64,000 bases of DNA from Candidatus Marinacidobacterium sp. (GCA_965204755.1 OZ242011.1:3104001-3168000), one strand, 5' to 3'. Counted from the first letter of the stretch, positions 1 through 10,366 are shown. Notes: generated by a model from the sequence alone, not told the origin. Numbers and translations: made by a program.

Positions 1-1
1 C

Positions 2-1480
2 GCGCGCCGACTCGATCCAGGCGCGGGTCAGCGCCGCCGTCCGCGCCGTTTCCGTCGCGCTGACTTCCACTTCCACCCGGCGCACCGGGATCCGCTCCAG
101 CGGGTTGCCCAGCAGGAGCGCGATCGGCGCCGCGACCAGCGCCGCCGCCTGCTGCAGCGATCCGGAGGCCCCCGAGGCGAAGACATCCTCCAAGGCCAGC
201 GTCCGCCCGCCCGCGACGCCGAGCCGGGCTTCGAGCCGCATGGTCTGCGGCCCGGACAGGCGCTCTTCCTGCGCGAGCGCCGACATCAGCCCGGAGAACG
301 CCAGCAGCGGCGTCAGCAGGTCGTGGTCCACCAGTTCGAGGCGGTAGGTCCGCCGCGCGCCCCGGCTCCCGCCCACGGTGAGTTCCAGCGGCACCAGCGG
401 GGCGCGCGCGCCGAGTTCGCCCCGGACGCCGGTGGCCCGATCCTGCCGCCAGACGCCCAGCGGCCGGCCGGCGCTGGTGAGTTTGAAGGAGTTCGCCAGC
501 GAGGCGACCGCCGCCTCCACCCGCGCCTCCTGCATCGGGACGGCGAGGGTGCCGAGGCCGGTGAACGGGTGTCCGAAGGCGAACACTTCGCCGGTGGCCT
601 CGTCCACATGGGTGACCGTGCCGCTCGCCATCATCACCAGGTCGCCCCCGATCAGCGTCGCGCCGATGGGACTGCCGGGGACCGGCGCCGGGGGCTCGCC
701 GGCGGGTTCACCGGCGGGTTCGCGGTGTTGGGGGCCGCCCCCGGTCGTCACGGAACCGCCGACGGAGACGCCGCCGGGGGCGATCTCCATCCCCAACTGC
801 CGGAACACCGGGGCGATCACTCCGGCCACCGCCGGGTCGAGCCCGCTGACCGAAACCGGGCTGAGGATCGCGGCGGGGGCGCCCGCGCCGGCGAGCGCCG
901 GGGCGGCGCTGCCTCCGGGAAGCGGCGGATCGAGCGACGGGACTCCCTCCGGCGAGAACCGGAGGACCGGGGCGAGCCCCCGGCCGGCGGCGGCGTCCGC
1001 CGCGCCGGAGGCCGCGTTCCCGACCGGCGCCTCGGTGAACCGCAGCATCTCCTCGAACGGCGTGATGCCGCAGATCGGATCTCGCGAGAACGGGAAGGCG
1101 TAGGCCACCGCCCCGACCAGCCGGCCGTCCACATACACCGGGCTCCCGCTCATCCCCTGCATCACGCCGGTGTGCTCCAGCGGCCCGCCGGAGAGCCGCG
1201 CGAGGACGATGCTGCGCCCGGGAAAGGGGTTCCGCAGGACGCCGAGGATCTCCACGCCGAAGGTCTCGATCCGGTCCCCGGCGAACACGGTGCGCCCTTC
1301 GCCGGTCATCCCGGCCCGCACTTCGTCGAGCGGGAGAATCGCCTGCGCCGAGGCCGCCGTCGGCGCGAGGGCGACCGACCCGAAGATGGCCGGGGCCGCT
1401 AGGAACGCGAGTGTTCGGCGCCGGAGCGCCCTGCCGACCGCCGGCGGAATGCGCCCCGCGGGCGCTGTGGGGTGCCTCAC
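2..1480 (-). CDS. SpoIVB peptidase S55 domain protein (3' end runs off the window)
   Basis: Not in the ORF track because no stop lies in the window. Manual translation gives a signal-like N-terminus, then ILPLDEVRAGMTGEGRTVFAGDRIETFGVEILGVL...GVMQGMSGSPVYVDGRLVGAVAYAF, the S55 GMSGSP motif. GTG start at 1480 is tentative. Confidence 0.8.
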   Translation of the reverse strand, partial: MRHPTAPAGRIPPAVGRALRRRTLAFLAAPAIFGSVALAPTAASAQAILPLDEVRAGMTGEGRTVFAGDRIETFGVEILGVLRNPFPGRSIVLARLSGGPLEHTGVMQGMSGSPVYVDGRLVGAVAYAFPFSRDPICGITPFEEMLRFTEAPVGNAASGAADAAAGRGLAPVLRFSPEGVPSLDPPLPGGSAAPALAGAGAPAAILSPVSVSGLDPAVAGVIAPVFRQLGMEIAPGGVSVGGSVTTGGGPQHREPAGEPAGEPPAPVPGSPIGATLIGGDLVMMASGTVTHVDEATGEVFAFGHPFTGLGTLAVPMQEARVEAAVASLANSFKLTSAGRPLGVWRQDRATGVRGELGARAPLVPLELTVGGSRGARRTYRLELVDHDLLTPLLAFSGLMSALAQEERLSGPQTMRLEARLGVAGGRTLALEDVFASGASGSLQQAAALVAAPIALLLGNPLERIPVRRVEVEVSATETARTAALTRAWIESAR

Positions 1481-1530
1481 GGAAACGCGCCGAAATCCTA
1501 CCGCCACACCGAACCTGGAATTTCGCGCGG

Positions 1531-2754
1531 TCAGCGCGGCGCCTTCCAAAGACGCACGGTGAACCGGTGTTCCTCCTCGATCAGACCGGGTTCGGTGTCG
1601 TTGTGGCGACGCATCGCCAAGATGATTCGGTTCCGAACCCCCATTCCGAGGTGCTCCACATACCGATAGTCCCGAAGAACGTCCTTCAGCAATCCGTTCC
1701 TCGTGGCGCGCATCCCCTCCTTCATACGCTCCACCGTGACCCCGTTCGGCAATCTTCCCGGAGAAATCACCTCCAGACGGTCATCGTACAGCGAAACCTC
1801 CACATCCGTGGTTTCTCGAGCGTAGTCGCGATGCGTCACGGCGTTCACCACCGCCTCCCTGATCGCATCCAATGGCAGAGCGCGTCGGAGGCGCCGGCGG
1901 CCGCCCTTCAACCACGCGCGCGTGCCGACATTTCGCCGAACGAAATCGAGAGCGCGGTCGATCACGCCCTTCTCCTCGACCCGCCCTCTGGCAGACAGCC
2001 GCGACACGAGCGGACCGCGGATCACTTCCTCGTCGGTCGTCGCATAGTCCTTGTCGCTCGACGGGAACGAAACCGCGGTGATTCCTGCCTGCGGCAGATG
2101 CCGGTTCGGGTTGCGCCCGAACAGGAGGAGGCCGGCCACTGTCGCCGGATGACCGGCCCGCTCGTCGAGCAGTCCCAAGTTCGTCAGGACCCGGGCCCAC
2201 TCGTCGGTCTCTTTCGGCGTGTCGCGACGCAAGACCACGCCGAAGTAGTTCTCGAGCAGCGACAGGTCCAGATTGCCCAATCCGGTCTGCGGCACCGGCT
2301 TCATTTCATAATGCACGATTCCGGCCTGCTGCCAGAGTCGCAGCTCTTCCTCTCGCGTCGTTTCACGCGAAGTAGCGCCGACCCGGGAAAACGAAACCCA
2401 CGCCTTCCCAATCCGCGCGCGATAGGGCTTTCCGGGGCTGTTGTCAGGCAGGTCGACGATTCCGACTCGACGGCCGCTCTCCATCGTCACCGTCGTCCAG
2501 AAGGGAATGATCGGCGGCTGCACATTGTTCTGCGCGATGCTCATGATGCGCTGGTCCGCCTGGTCGCGAGGCTGCGTCAAGCCGCTGACTTCTCCGTCAT
2601 CTTCCACGCCGAGAAGGATCCGTCCGCCGTTGGCGTTGAGCAAGGCCGACATCGCTTTGGCGATCTTGTCGGGATGGACATCATCCCTCTTGAACTCGAC
2701 CGCGGAGTTCTCTCCATTCCGCAGCAGTTCCAGGATATCGGCGCGTGTTGTCAT
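1531..2754 (-). CDS. Schlafen/AlbA_2 domain + HATPase_c_4 (RecG C-terminal-like) protein
   Basis: N-terminal GENSAVEFK...SALLNANGGRILLGVEDDG (AlbA_2/Schlafen). C-terminal REAVVNAVTHRDY...RLEVISPG...RNGLL...GMGV (HATPase_c_4). Confidence 0.85.
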   Translation of the reverse strand: MTTRADILELLRNGENSAVEFKRDDVHPDKIAKAMSALLNANGGRILLGVEDDGEVSGLTQPRDQADQRIMSIAQNNVQPPIIPFWTTVTMESGRRVGIVDLPDNSPGKPYRARIGKAWVSFSRVGATSRETTREEELRLWQQAGIVHYEMKPVPQTGLGNLDLSLLENYFGVVLRRDTPKETDEWARVLTNLGLLDERAGHPATVAGLLLFGRNPNRHLPQAGITAVSFPSSDKDYATTDEEVIRGPLVSRLSARGRVEEKGVIDRALDFVRRNVGTRAWLKGGRRRLRRALPLDAIREAVVNAVTHRDYARETTDVEVSLYDDRLEVISPGRLPNGVTVERMKEGMRATRNGLLKDVLRDYRYVEHLGMGVRNRIILAMRRHNDTEPGLIEEEHRFTVRLWKAPR

Positions 2755-2755
2755 G

Positions 2756-5437
2756 TCAGAAACCGTACTTGCGCTGCCTGGTCTCGAAGGCGGTTCTGCC
2801 CCCTTCCAGCAGTTCCTCGATCAGTTCCTTCACGGTCTCTTGATCGATGGAACCTCGATGTTCGTCACGGATCTGAGCACTTCCGACGCCTGCTTCTCCT
2901 GCCGCCGTCAATCCGAGAATCAACTCCGCGTCACCCAGCACGGGTATGTTCGCGTTGTGTGTGGACAGGACGAATTGCCGCTCGCGCTTGGCGGCCCGCA
3001 AGCGCGGAACGATGTCGGCGCTGATGAACCGGTTGTCGAGATCGTCCTCAGGTTGATCGACCACCAGCGGGCCGTCGGCCTTGAGCAACATGAGAAGCAG
3101 GACGGCGGTCGCCTTTTGACCCTTCGACAGTTGGTCGACTTCCTTCCACTGCGGCGGATCGCTCGTCGAGGCCGTGTTCAGGCGAAGCGCCGTCTGCGCC
3201 CCGAGATCGACCTCCTCGATAAGCATCAAGGCCTCGTCAGGCGCCCCGGCGACGCTCAGAGCCTGCGAAGGGGTGATCCCGTAATGCTTCTGGAGCGCGG
3301 CGGCGCCCTCGCGGCAACGGATAACGAACTCCTGCAGCGAAAAGTCCTCCGCCCGCCGGAGGGCCTGTTCCACGCTGTCGAGCCGCCCGCCGACCTGTTC
3401 CCGTAGGATCTGCATCACCGGGCTCCTGTCGGTTGCCGGCGACACTCCGATAGCGACTCTGCCGCTAAGTTGGCGACTCAAGTTCTTGGCCGCCCTCTGG
3501 AGCCGCAGCAGGCGCGCGGACTGCAGATCCTGCCATTCCCGGAGAAGGGTCTGCCGCCGATCGGCGTGCTCGCTTTCCGCCTGCAGACTGAGTTCTTCCC
3601 GTTGGCGAAGCGGGCGCAGACGTTCGATCTGTTCACGCAGGCGAATCAGTTCCCCTCCCTGAACCGCACCTTCCCCAAGCCCGCGAAGGATCTCCTGGTA
3701 GGTCGTTTCAACTTCGGTCTTGCGCGCCACCCACCGTGCGCGAACTTCGTCGATACGCCGATCTGCCTTGCCGAGGGACTTCTCCATCTCGGCCGCGTTG
3801 GCTTCAAGATCACTGCTCAGCGAAGTCAAGACGGGGTTCAGGTCGTCGAGGATGGCGCGGCCGGGCAGATCCTCGAGCGCTCTCTCGGAGAGAAAGGCCC
3901 GATCGATCGGCAGTTCCACGGCCAAATTCGATACGAGCGCCCGCAAGGACTCCAGACGCTCGGGTACGGAGTTCAGGAGGCTCTCCTCCCGCACGACCAA
4001 GGTGCGCTCCCGAAGACGGTCCTCGAATCCGGCATCTCGGAACCGCTCCAACTGCTCCTCCAAGCCCGGCAGCGTGGCGAGACGGTCACGAGTGGCTCTC
4101 AATTCCTTTCGGGTTTGGAGAAGGGCGTCGCGATTCTTCGCGAGTTCTCGCGACAGGTCGGCCTGCCGGTCGTCGAGACTCGGATCTGGATCGAGAAAGA
4201 CTCCGAGCAGGCGGGCCAGACCGGCGGCGTCCGCCGTCAACTCCGAGATTTCTCGTTGACCACAGACTACGACTTCGGGGAACACATCCTCGGGAGCGAG
4301 ATCGGTTCTCTCCGCATTCGCCTTCAGGACGACCGGCGGGTTCGGAACCGTGCGCTCGATCGTGTACTCATGAACGGACGGTTGCGCCGACCGAATCCGC
4401 AGGGACACCTTGGTGCCCTCTCGCAGGACATTCCTTACGATGCCGCGGTGCGCACTCCTCGAACTGTCGTCCCTTGGCTCGCGGCGAAGAACATACCGAA
4501 GGCTCTCGATGACGGTCGATTTTCCGGCGCCCCGCCCTCCCAACAGGACATTCAGGTTGGGATTGAAGAAGATCTCCGTGTCGTCCAGAAAGCCGCCCGT
4601 CCACTTCATGGAGACGAATTCGTAATTCGCACGCGTGTCTTCTTCACCGTGGAGCCGCACTCTGGACTCCGGATCCAGAAACGCTTGGCGCAGCCCCTCG
4701 AGACTCACATCGACCATCTTGAGGAAACAGGAAGTACCGGGTTCCGACAACTCTTCCGGGTCATCTACATCTTTCGCGTTGATGATGGCGACGGGTTGCT
4801 TCCTAGAGTACTCGGCGCACTTGTTCCGTAGGATGAGGCGATCTCCTTCGTCAACATCGTCTATCGAACCACTGAGAGAGCAGGCCAGAAGGTCCGGTGA
4901 TTTCCACGCGTTGACGCGCGGCTCTTTCGACAACTGTCGCAGGAGACCGCCGCCTGTCGTTACATGGGCAGCAATGCAGATCGCGCCCCATCCCTTGGAC
5001 ACTTCCAAGAATTCCAGAACATCATGGTGTCCGGTGGACAAGGCGTCTCTCGTGGATCGAATATCACAGCCACCGATCCGCCTCTCGATCTCTTCGACGG
5101 TGACATCCAAGTCGAAGAGACAGAGAAGATGGACTCCATCCTTCGTCTTGGCCTCGAACCCGGGGAAGACAGAGATCCCGTTCGAGCGGCAGGCATCCAT
5201 CAGGGATACCGAAGTGTGGATTTCGTAGTGATCGGTGATCGCGATCGCGTCTATGCCGTTGTTGCGGCACGCTTCGACCATTGCCGTGTTGTAGTCAACC
5301 GCGGTGTCGAACCGGATTGGCTTCGAGTTCTTTCGCAGATACTCGAATGGATTCACTTGGAGAGCGCATTTGTAGAAGTGCGCTCCGGATCGCCGCTCTC
5401 GGGGGGGGGCGAGGGCCGGGTCGATCATCGGTGACAA
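2756..5437 (-). CDS. PHP-domain + SMC-like ABC ATPase (TrlF/Ppl-like), putative anti-phage protein
   Basis: PHP motifs AITDH, GFE..DGVHLL, IAAH. Walker A GGRGAGKST, long coiled coil, signature LSKGQK, Walker B VVDQPEDDLD, H-loop STHNAN. Start may be ATG at 5428. Confidence 0.8.
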   Translation of the reverse strand: MSPMIDPALAPPRERRSGAHFYKCALQVNPFEYLRKNSKPIRFDTAVDYNTAMVEACRNNGIDAIAITDHYEIHTSVSLMDACRSNGISVFPGFEAKTKDGVHLLCLFDLDVTVEEIERRIGGCDIRSTRDALSTGHHDVLEFLEVSKGWGAICIAAHVTTGGGLLRQLSKEPRVNAWKSPDLLACSLSGSIDDVDEGDRLILRNKCAEYSRKQPVAIINAKDVDDPEELSEPGTSCFLKMVDVSLEGLRQAFLDPESRVRLHGEEDTRANYEFVSMKWTGGFLDDTEIFFNPNLNVLLGGRGAGKSTVIESLRYVLRREPRDDSSRSAHRGIVRNVLREGTKVSLRIRSAQPSVHEYTIERTVPNPPVVLKANAERTDLAPEDVFPEVVVCGQREISELTADAAGLARLLGVFLDPDPSLDDRQADLSRELAKNRDALLQTRKELRATRDRLATLPGLEEQLERFRDAGFEDRLRERTLVVREESLLNSVPERLESLRALVSNLAVELPIDRAFLSERALEDLPGRAILDDLNPVLTSLSSDLEANAAEMEKSLGKADRRIDEVRARWVARKTEVETTYQEILRGLGEGAVQGGELIRLREQIERLRPLRQREELSLQAESEHADRRQTLLREWQDLQSARLLRLQRAAKNLSRQLSGRVAIGVSPATDRSPVMQILREQVGGRLDSVEQALRRAEDFSLQEFVIRCREGAAALQKHYGITPSQALSVAGAPDEALMLIEEVDLGAQTALRLNTASTSDPPQWKEVDQLSKGQKATAVLLLMLLKADGPLVVDQPEDDLDNRFISADIVPRLRAAKRERQFVLSTHNANIPVLGDAELILGLTAAGEAGVGSAQIRDEHRGSIDQETVKELIEELLEGGRTAFETRQRKYGF

Positions 5438-5964
5438 GCGTTGACTGACGGAGAAGCGAAATCCGTCGAATTCACGGACCGAGGAAGAGCGGGCGTTCGC
5501 GCCAAGCCCCCACTAGAGGAAACGCAACGGATGGCGAGGGAAGGGGCGACGGAATCATCAGGGTGCGAAAAGGCTCTCGGCAGCACGACCGGGCAAAATG
5601 CCAGTCCGCCCGACGCAGACGCGCAGTAATGTTAGCAACCACCCCGGCCAGCCGGTCGATCCTCACCCCGGACGGGACGTTCCGCCGATTCGATGCCGGT
5701 CGGCTGACGGAGGGGGCTTGGTCGCCTTTTCACTCGGAGTTCCGGCAGGACCGGCGAAGCGCCACAATCCCTCCGAGACCCGGCGCTCGAGTGGGTGCGC
5801 CGAACTCTCGGCGCGGCACGGGCGATGAGGCCGCCTCTCGCCGCGGCCCCGCCGGGGACCGGCCCCCGCCATGGGACCGAGCGGGGACTCGTGCCTTCGG
5901 TTGAGAGGGGGGACGGCGGCGCGCTCCCGGCGCCGCCTGCCCGCCCCCTACACTCTCCGGCGTC

Positions 5965-7032
5965 GTGGGGGAGAGCCGGTACTCGCGCCAGACGCGGTTT
6001 TCCCCCATCGGCGAGGACGGGCAGGAGCGGATTTCGCGGAGTCGGGTGTTGGTGGTGGGCGCGGGGGCGCTCGGGTGCTCGGCGCTCGACCAACTGGTGA
6101 GGGCCGGGGTCGGGAGGGTGCGGTTTTGCGACCGGGACACCGTGGAGATCACCAACCTGCAGCGGCAGTCGCTCTACGAGGAGACCGACGCCGCCGAGGG
6201 GCTCCCCAAGACGGAGGCGGCGCGCCGCCGATTGGCTCGGGTCAACGGGGAAGTCGAACTCGAACCGCTCGCGCTCGACCTCCACGCGGGGAATATCCGG
6301 CGGGTCTTCGACGGGGTGGACCTCGTCCTGGACGCCACGGACAACTTCGAGACCCGCTACCTGATCAACGACGCCGCGGTCGAGGGCGGGATCCCCTGGA
6401 TCTACGCCGCCTGCGTCGGCAGTTACGGGATGACGCTGACGGTCGTTCCCGGCCGGACGCCCTGCCTGCGCTGCGTGGTTCCCGACCTCCCGCCGCCGGG
6501 CTCCTCCCCGACCTGCGACACCGCCGGGGTGATCGCGCCGGCGATCGCCGCGGTCATGGGTTACGCGGTCGCCGAAGCGCTCAAGGCGCTCGCCGGGCGC
6601 GGCGGCGACCTGGCGGCGGGCATCTGGCATCTGGATGTCTGGGAACGGACCGCCTACCGGATGGACATCGGCGCCCCGGATCCGGACTGTCCGGCCTGCG
6701 GGCGGCGGGAGTTCCCGTTCCTGGCCGGGGGCGGCGCCGGGGCGTCGCTGACGCTGTGCGGGAGGAACGCGGTGCAGGTGCGTCCCCCGACGCCCGCGGA
6801 ACCCGGAGACGGGACGGCCGGGGAGGAGGACGAGGCCCGGCTCGCGCGGCTCGCGGCCCGGCTGGAGGGCGTCCCGGAAGTCGCCGGCTCCCTCCGCGCC
6901 AGCGAGCACCTGCTGCAGTTCGAGGTGGAGGGGCGCCGGCTGGTGGTCTTCCCCGACGGCCGCGCCATCGTCCACGGCGTCACCGAACCGGGCGAAGCCC
7001 GCTCGCTCGTCTCCCGCTATGTCGGGAATTGA
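5965..7032 (+). CDS. ThiF/MoeB family adenylyltransferase
   Basis: RYSRQ, VLVVGAGALG, DRDTVEITNLQRQ, DATDNFETR, CxxC pairs (CLRC, CPAC). Confidence 0.9.
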   Translation: MGESRYSRQTRFSPIGEDGQERISRSRVLVVGAGALGCSALDQLVRAGVGRVRFCDRDTVEITNLQRQSLYEETDAAEGLPKTEAARRRLARVNGEVELEPLALDLHAGNIRRVFDGVDLVLDATDNFETRYLINDAAVEGGIPWIYAACVGSYGMTLTVVPGRTPCLRCVVPDLPPPGSSPTCDTAGVIAPAIAAVMGYAVAEALKALAGRGGDLAAGIWHLDVWERTAYRMDIGAPDPDCPACGRREFPFLAGGGAGASLTLCGRNAVQVRPPTPAEPGDGTAGEEDEARLARLAARLEGVPEVAGSLRASEHLLQFEVEGRRLVVFPDGRAIVHGVTEPGEARSLVSRYVGN

Positions 7033-7062
7033 GTCGGCGGGCGCCGCCCGGGAGCGGGAGGC

Positions 7063-8175
7063 ATGAGCGGCCTTCCTCCCGCCCACCCGTCCGGCGGGGC
7101 CGCGGTTTCCGGCGCGGGCGCGCGGCTGCGGCGGCGGATCGAGGCGGTGGCCGCCTCCGTCTTCGCCGGCTGGGGCTACGAGGAAGTCCTGGCGCCGCTC
7201 TTCGACTATTCGGAGGTCTTCGCCCGGAGCGGGAGGTGGTCGGAGCGGGCGGCCTACCGGTTCACCGAGGCCGGCGACCTGCTGGCGCTCCGGGCCGACT
7301 TCACCGCGCTGGTGGCCCGGATCGCGGCCACCCAGTTGCCGCGCGAAGTCACCCGGCTGTTCTACCGGGGGGAGACCGCGCGGCGGCAGGCGCGCCGCCT
7401 CGGCCCGGCCACCGGTTCCGAGACCGGGATCGAGCACTTCGGCGGAGGGCCCGAGGCCGACCTCGAGACCCTGCTGGTCGCGCTGGAAGTCCTCGACCGG
7501 CTGGAAGTTTCCGGCTGCTTCGTGACGCTCGGCCACGCCGGGTTCCCGCTCGGCCTGCTGGACGCGGCCCTCGAAGTCGTCCCCGACGCCGCCGCGCGGG
7601 CCGCCGCCCGGAAGGAAGCGCTCGCCGGGCTCTACCGGCGGGACCGGGCGCGGATCCGGGAGGCGCTCGGCCCGGCGGCCGGCCCGCTGACGGCGGCGCT
7701 CGACCGCGCCGGCGGGCCGGAAGTCCTCGCCGCCTCCGCCGCCGAGGAGCGCTCCCTCCCCGATCGCGCGCGGCGGGCGCTCGCCCGGCTGCGGACGATC
7801 TCCGAGACCCTCGCCGCGCTGGGCCTCGCCGACCGGTTCGGGTTCGACCTGGCGGAGATGCGCGGCTTCGACTACTACACCGGCCTGGTCTTCGAGATCC
7901 ACGCGCCGGGCGCCGGCGTGGAGATCGGCGGCGGCGGCCGCTACGACGACCTGTTCGGCAACTACGGCGCCCCCCGCCCGGCGGTCGGGTTCGCGATCCA
8001 GGTGGATCGCGTCGCGGCCCTGCTCGAAGCCGGGGCGCCGGAGGAACCGCCCCCGGCGCCGCTCCCCGTCGCGGGACGCGCTCCCGACGCGCTGGCCGCC
8101 GTCTTCGGGGAGGCGCTGGAGGCCCGGCGGAGCGGCCGTCCGGTCCGGGTCTCGCCCGAGCCGCGGACGCCGTAG
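7063..8175 (+). CDS. hisZ: ATP phosphoribosyltransferase regulatory subunit
   Basis: HisRS-like motifs LRADFT, YYTGLVFE, GGGRYDDL. Directly precedes short hisG. Confidence 0.9.
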   Translation: MSGLPPAHPSGGAAVSGAGARLRRRIEAVAASVFAGWGYEEVLAPLFDYSEVFARSGRWSERAAYRFTEAGDLLALRADFTALVARIAATQLPREVTRLFYRGETARRQARRLGPATGSETGIEHFGGGPEADLETLLVALEVLDRLEVSGCFVTLGHAGFPLGLLDAALEVVPDAAARAAARKEALAGLYRRDRARIREALGPAAGPLTAALDRAGGPEVLAASAAEERSLPDRARRALARLRTISETLAALGLADRFGFDLAEMRGFDYYTGLVFEIHAPGAGVEIGGGGRYDDLFGNYGAPRPAVGFAIQVDRVAALLEAGAPEEPPPAPLPVAGRAPDALAAVFGEALEARRSGRPVRVSPEPRTP

Positions 8176-8278
8176 TCCCTCCCGGCGGGCGAACCGCCCC
8201 CCCGCTACCTACAATCCGCGCGCCGCGCCGCCCCCCCGGCGGCGGCGACCCCGACCACCCCGAGCCCCCGCGAACCCC

Positions 8279-8998
8279 ATGGACTCCCGGCTGCTCGTCG
8301 CGCTGCCCACCGGCCGGCTCCTCTCCGCGGTGGCGGGGTTGCTGCGCGAGGCCGGGATCCCGCTGCCGCCGCCGGAGGGGGCCGACCGCAGCCTGCGGGT
8401 GTCCGGGCCGGACGCGGTCGCGCTGTTCGTCAAGGATCGGGATGTCCCGGTCTATGTGGAGCACGGCGCCGCCGATCTCGGCGTGGTGGGGCGGGATGTC
8501 CTCGAAGAGCGTTCCGCCCGGCTCTACGAACCGCTCGACCTCGGCCTCGGCCGGTGCCGGATGGCGCTCGCCCGCCCGGAGGATCGACCGCTGCCCGAAC
8601 CGCCGTTCCGCATCGCCACCAAGTACCCGGAAGCCGCCGCCCGCCACTTCCGCCGCCGGGGGACCGCGGTGGAACTGATCCGCCTCTCCGGGGCGGTGGA
8701 GATCGCCCCCGGCCTCGAACTCGCCGACGGGATCGTGGACCTGGTGGAGACCGGCGCCACGCTCCGCGCCAACGGGTTGGTGGAGGAGGAGACGCTGTTC
8801 GAGAGCACCGCCCGGGTGGTGGTGAACCGCGCCTCCTTCCGTCTGCGCCGCGCGCTGCTCCAACCCGCGCTCCGCCGGCTGGCGGCGGCCGCCGAAGCGG
8901 CCCGGGTCGGCGCCGGGGGCCCGGATGTCCGTCCCGCCATCGCCCCCGCTGTCCAGCCCGCTGTAGGTCCCGCCGTCCGCGGCGCGGTCGGCGGGTAG
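8279..8998 (+). CDS. hisG: ATP phosphoribosyltransferase, short form
   Basis: ALPTGRL, DVPVYVEHGAADLGVVGRD, IATKYP, IVDLVETGATLRANGL. Confidence 0.95.
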   Translation: MDSRLLVALPTGRLLSAVAGLLREAGIPLPPPEGADRSLRVSGPDAVALFVKDRDVPVYVEHGAADLGVVGRDVLEERSARLYEPLDLGLGRCRMALARPEDRPLPEPPFRIATKYPEAAARHFRRRGTAVELIRLSGAVEIAPGLELADGIVDLVETGATLRANGLVEEETLFESTARVVVNRASFRLRRALLQPALRRLAAAAEAARVGAGGPDVRPAIAPAVQPAVGPAVRGAVGG

Positions 8999-9019
8999 CC
9001 CGCGCGGCCCCTCCCCTCG

Positions 9020-10366
9020 GTGCCGAACGGCAGCGAGCCGGCCGGCCGGTTCGCCCTCCCCATCTTCTCCCGGGCCGCCGCCTACCGCGCCGACCCCCGC
9101 CAGCGGAGCGGCGCCTCCGGCGGGGGAGATCCGGCGGTGACCGCCGCCGTGGCCGCCATCCTCGAGCGCGTGCGGGAGGGCGGCGACGAGGCGCTCCTCG
9201 CCCTGACCCGGGAACTCGACGGCGCGGAACTCGAACCCGCCGCCCTCCGGGTCCCCGAAGAGGAACTGCGCCGCGCCGCCGCCCGCGCCACCGACGACGA
9301 GCGCGCCCTCCTCCGCCGGGCCCGGGCGCGCATCCACGACTACCACCGCCGGGAGCGGGAGGAGTCCTTCCGCATGGACCTCGGCGGGGGCGCCGGGCTC
9401 GAGTGGCGGGTGTTCCCGCTGGCCTCGGCCGGCGTCTATGTCCCCGGCGGCGCCGCCGTCTATCCCTCCACGGTGCTCATGAACACCGTCCCGGCGGCGG
9501 TCGCGGGCGTCCCCCGGATCGCGCTGGCCACGCCGCCGGGGGCGCTGGAGCGGAGCCCGGCGCTCGCCGCCGCCATCGAGATCGCCGGGGTGACCGAGGC
9601 GTACCGGATAGGCGGCGCGCAGGCGGTGGCGGCGTTCGCCTTCGGGACGGAGACGGTCGCGCCGGTGCTGAAGGTGGTCGGCCCCGGGAACGCGTATGTG
9701 GCGGAGGCGAAACGGCAGGTCGGCGCGCTGGTCGGCGTGGACTCCTTCGCCGGCCCCTCGGAACTCGCCGTCGTGGCCGACGGCAGCGCCCGCCCGGACT
9801 GGATCGCCGCCGACCTGCTCGCCCAGGCGGAGCACGGCTCCGGCGGCGAGCGCGTCGTCCTGGTAACCACTTCCGGTGAGGAAGCCGCGGCGGTGGCCGC
9901 GGAAATCGCCCGGCAGGCGCCCGGCCAGCCGAACGAGGAGGCCATCGCCCGGGCCCTCGCCCGGCGGGGGGCGGCGGTGGTGGTTCGCGACCTCGACGAG
10001 GCGGTGGAGGTCGCCGAGGAGATCGCCCCGGAGCACCTCCAGGTGGTCACCGCCGACCCGGACCGGATCGCCGACCGCTTCCCCGCGGCGGGGACGGTGC
10101 TGCTCGGCGCCCACACCCCGGCGGCCGCCTCCGACTACGGCGCCGGGCCGAACCATGTGCTCCCCACCGGCGGCGCCGCCCGGTTCGCCTCGCCGCTGGG
10201 CGTCGGCGACTTCCTGAAGCGCCAGAGCCGGGTCCGCTACCGGCGGGAGACGCTGCGGGGCCTCCGGGACGACTTCGAGCGGTTCGCCCGGCTGGAGGGG
10301 TTCGAAGCGCACGCCCGCTCGGTCGCCGCCCGGTTCGAGCCGCCCCCGGAGGGCCGGGCGCGGTGA
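9020..10366 (+). CDS. hisD: Histidinol dehydrogenase
   Basis: YVPGG, GPGNAYV, AGPSE, AQAEH, PEHL, GPNHVLPT. Confidence 0.95.
   Translation: MPNGSEPAGRFALPIFSRAAAYRADPRQRSGASGGGDPAVTAAVAAILERVREGGDEALLALTRELDGAELEPAALRVPEEELRRAAARATDDERALLRRARARIHDYHRREREESFRMDLGGGAGLEWRVFPLASAGVYVPGGAAVYPSTVLMNTVPAAVAGVPRIALATPPGALERSPALAAAIEIAGVTEAYRIGGAQAVAAFAFGTETVAPVLKVVGPGNAYVAEAKRQVGALVGVDSFAGPSELAVVADGSARPDWIAADLLAQAEHGSGGERVVLVTTSGEEAAAVAAEIARQAPGQPNEEAIARALARRGAAVVVRDLDEAVEVAEEIAPEHLQVVTADPDRIADRFPAAGTVLLGAHTPAAASDYGAGPNHVLPTGGAARFASPLGVGDFLKRQSRVRYRRETLRGLRDDFERFARLEGFEAHARSVAARFEPPPEGRAR

Larger units (their letters stand above)
1500..5640. other. Lower-GC accessory (defence-like) island
   Basis: Visibly more A/T and different codon usage than the flanks. 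Holds two coupled genes (TGA-C-ATG junction at 2752-2758). Boundaries approximate. No integrase seen. Confidence 0.55.
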
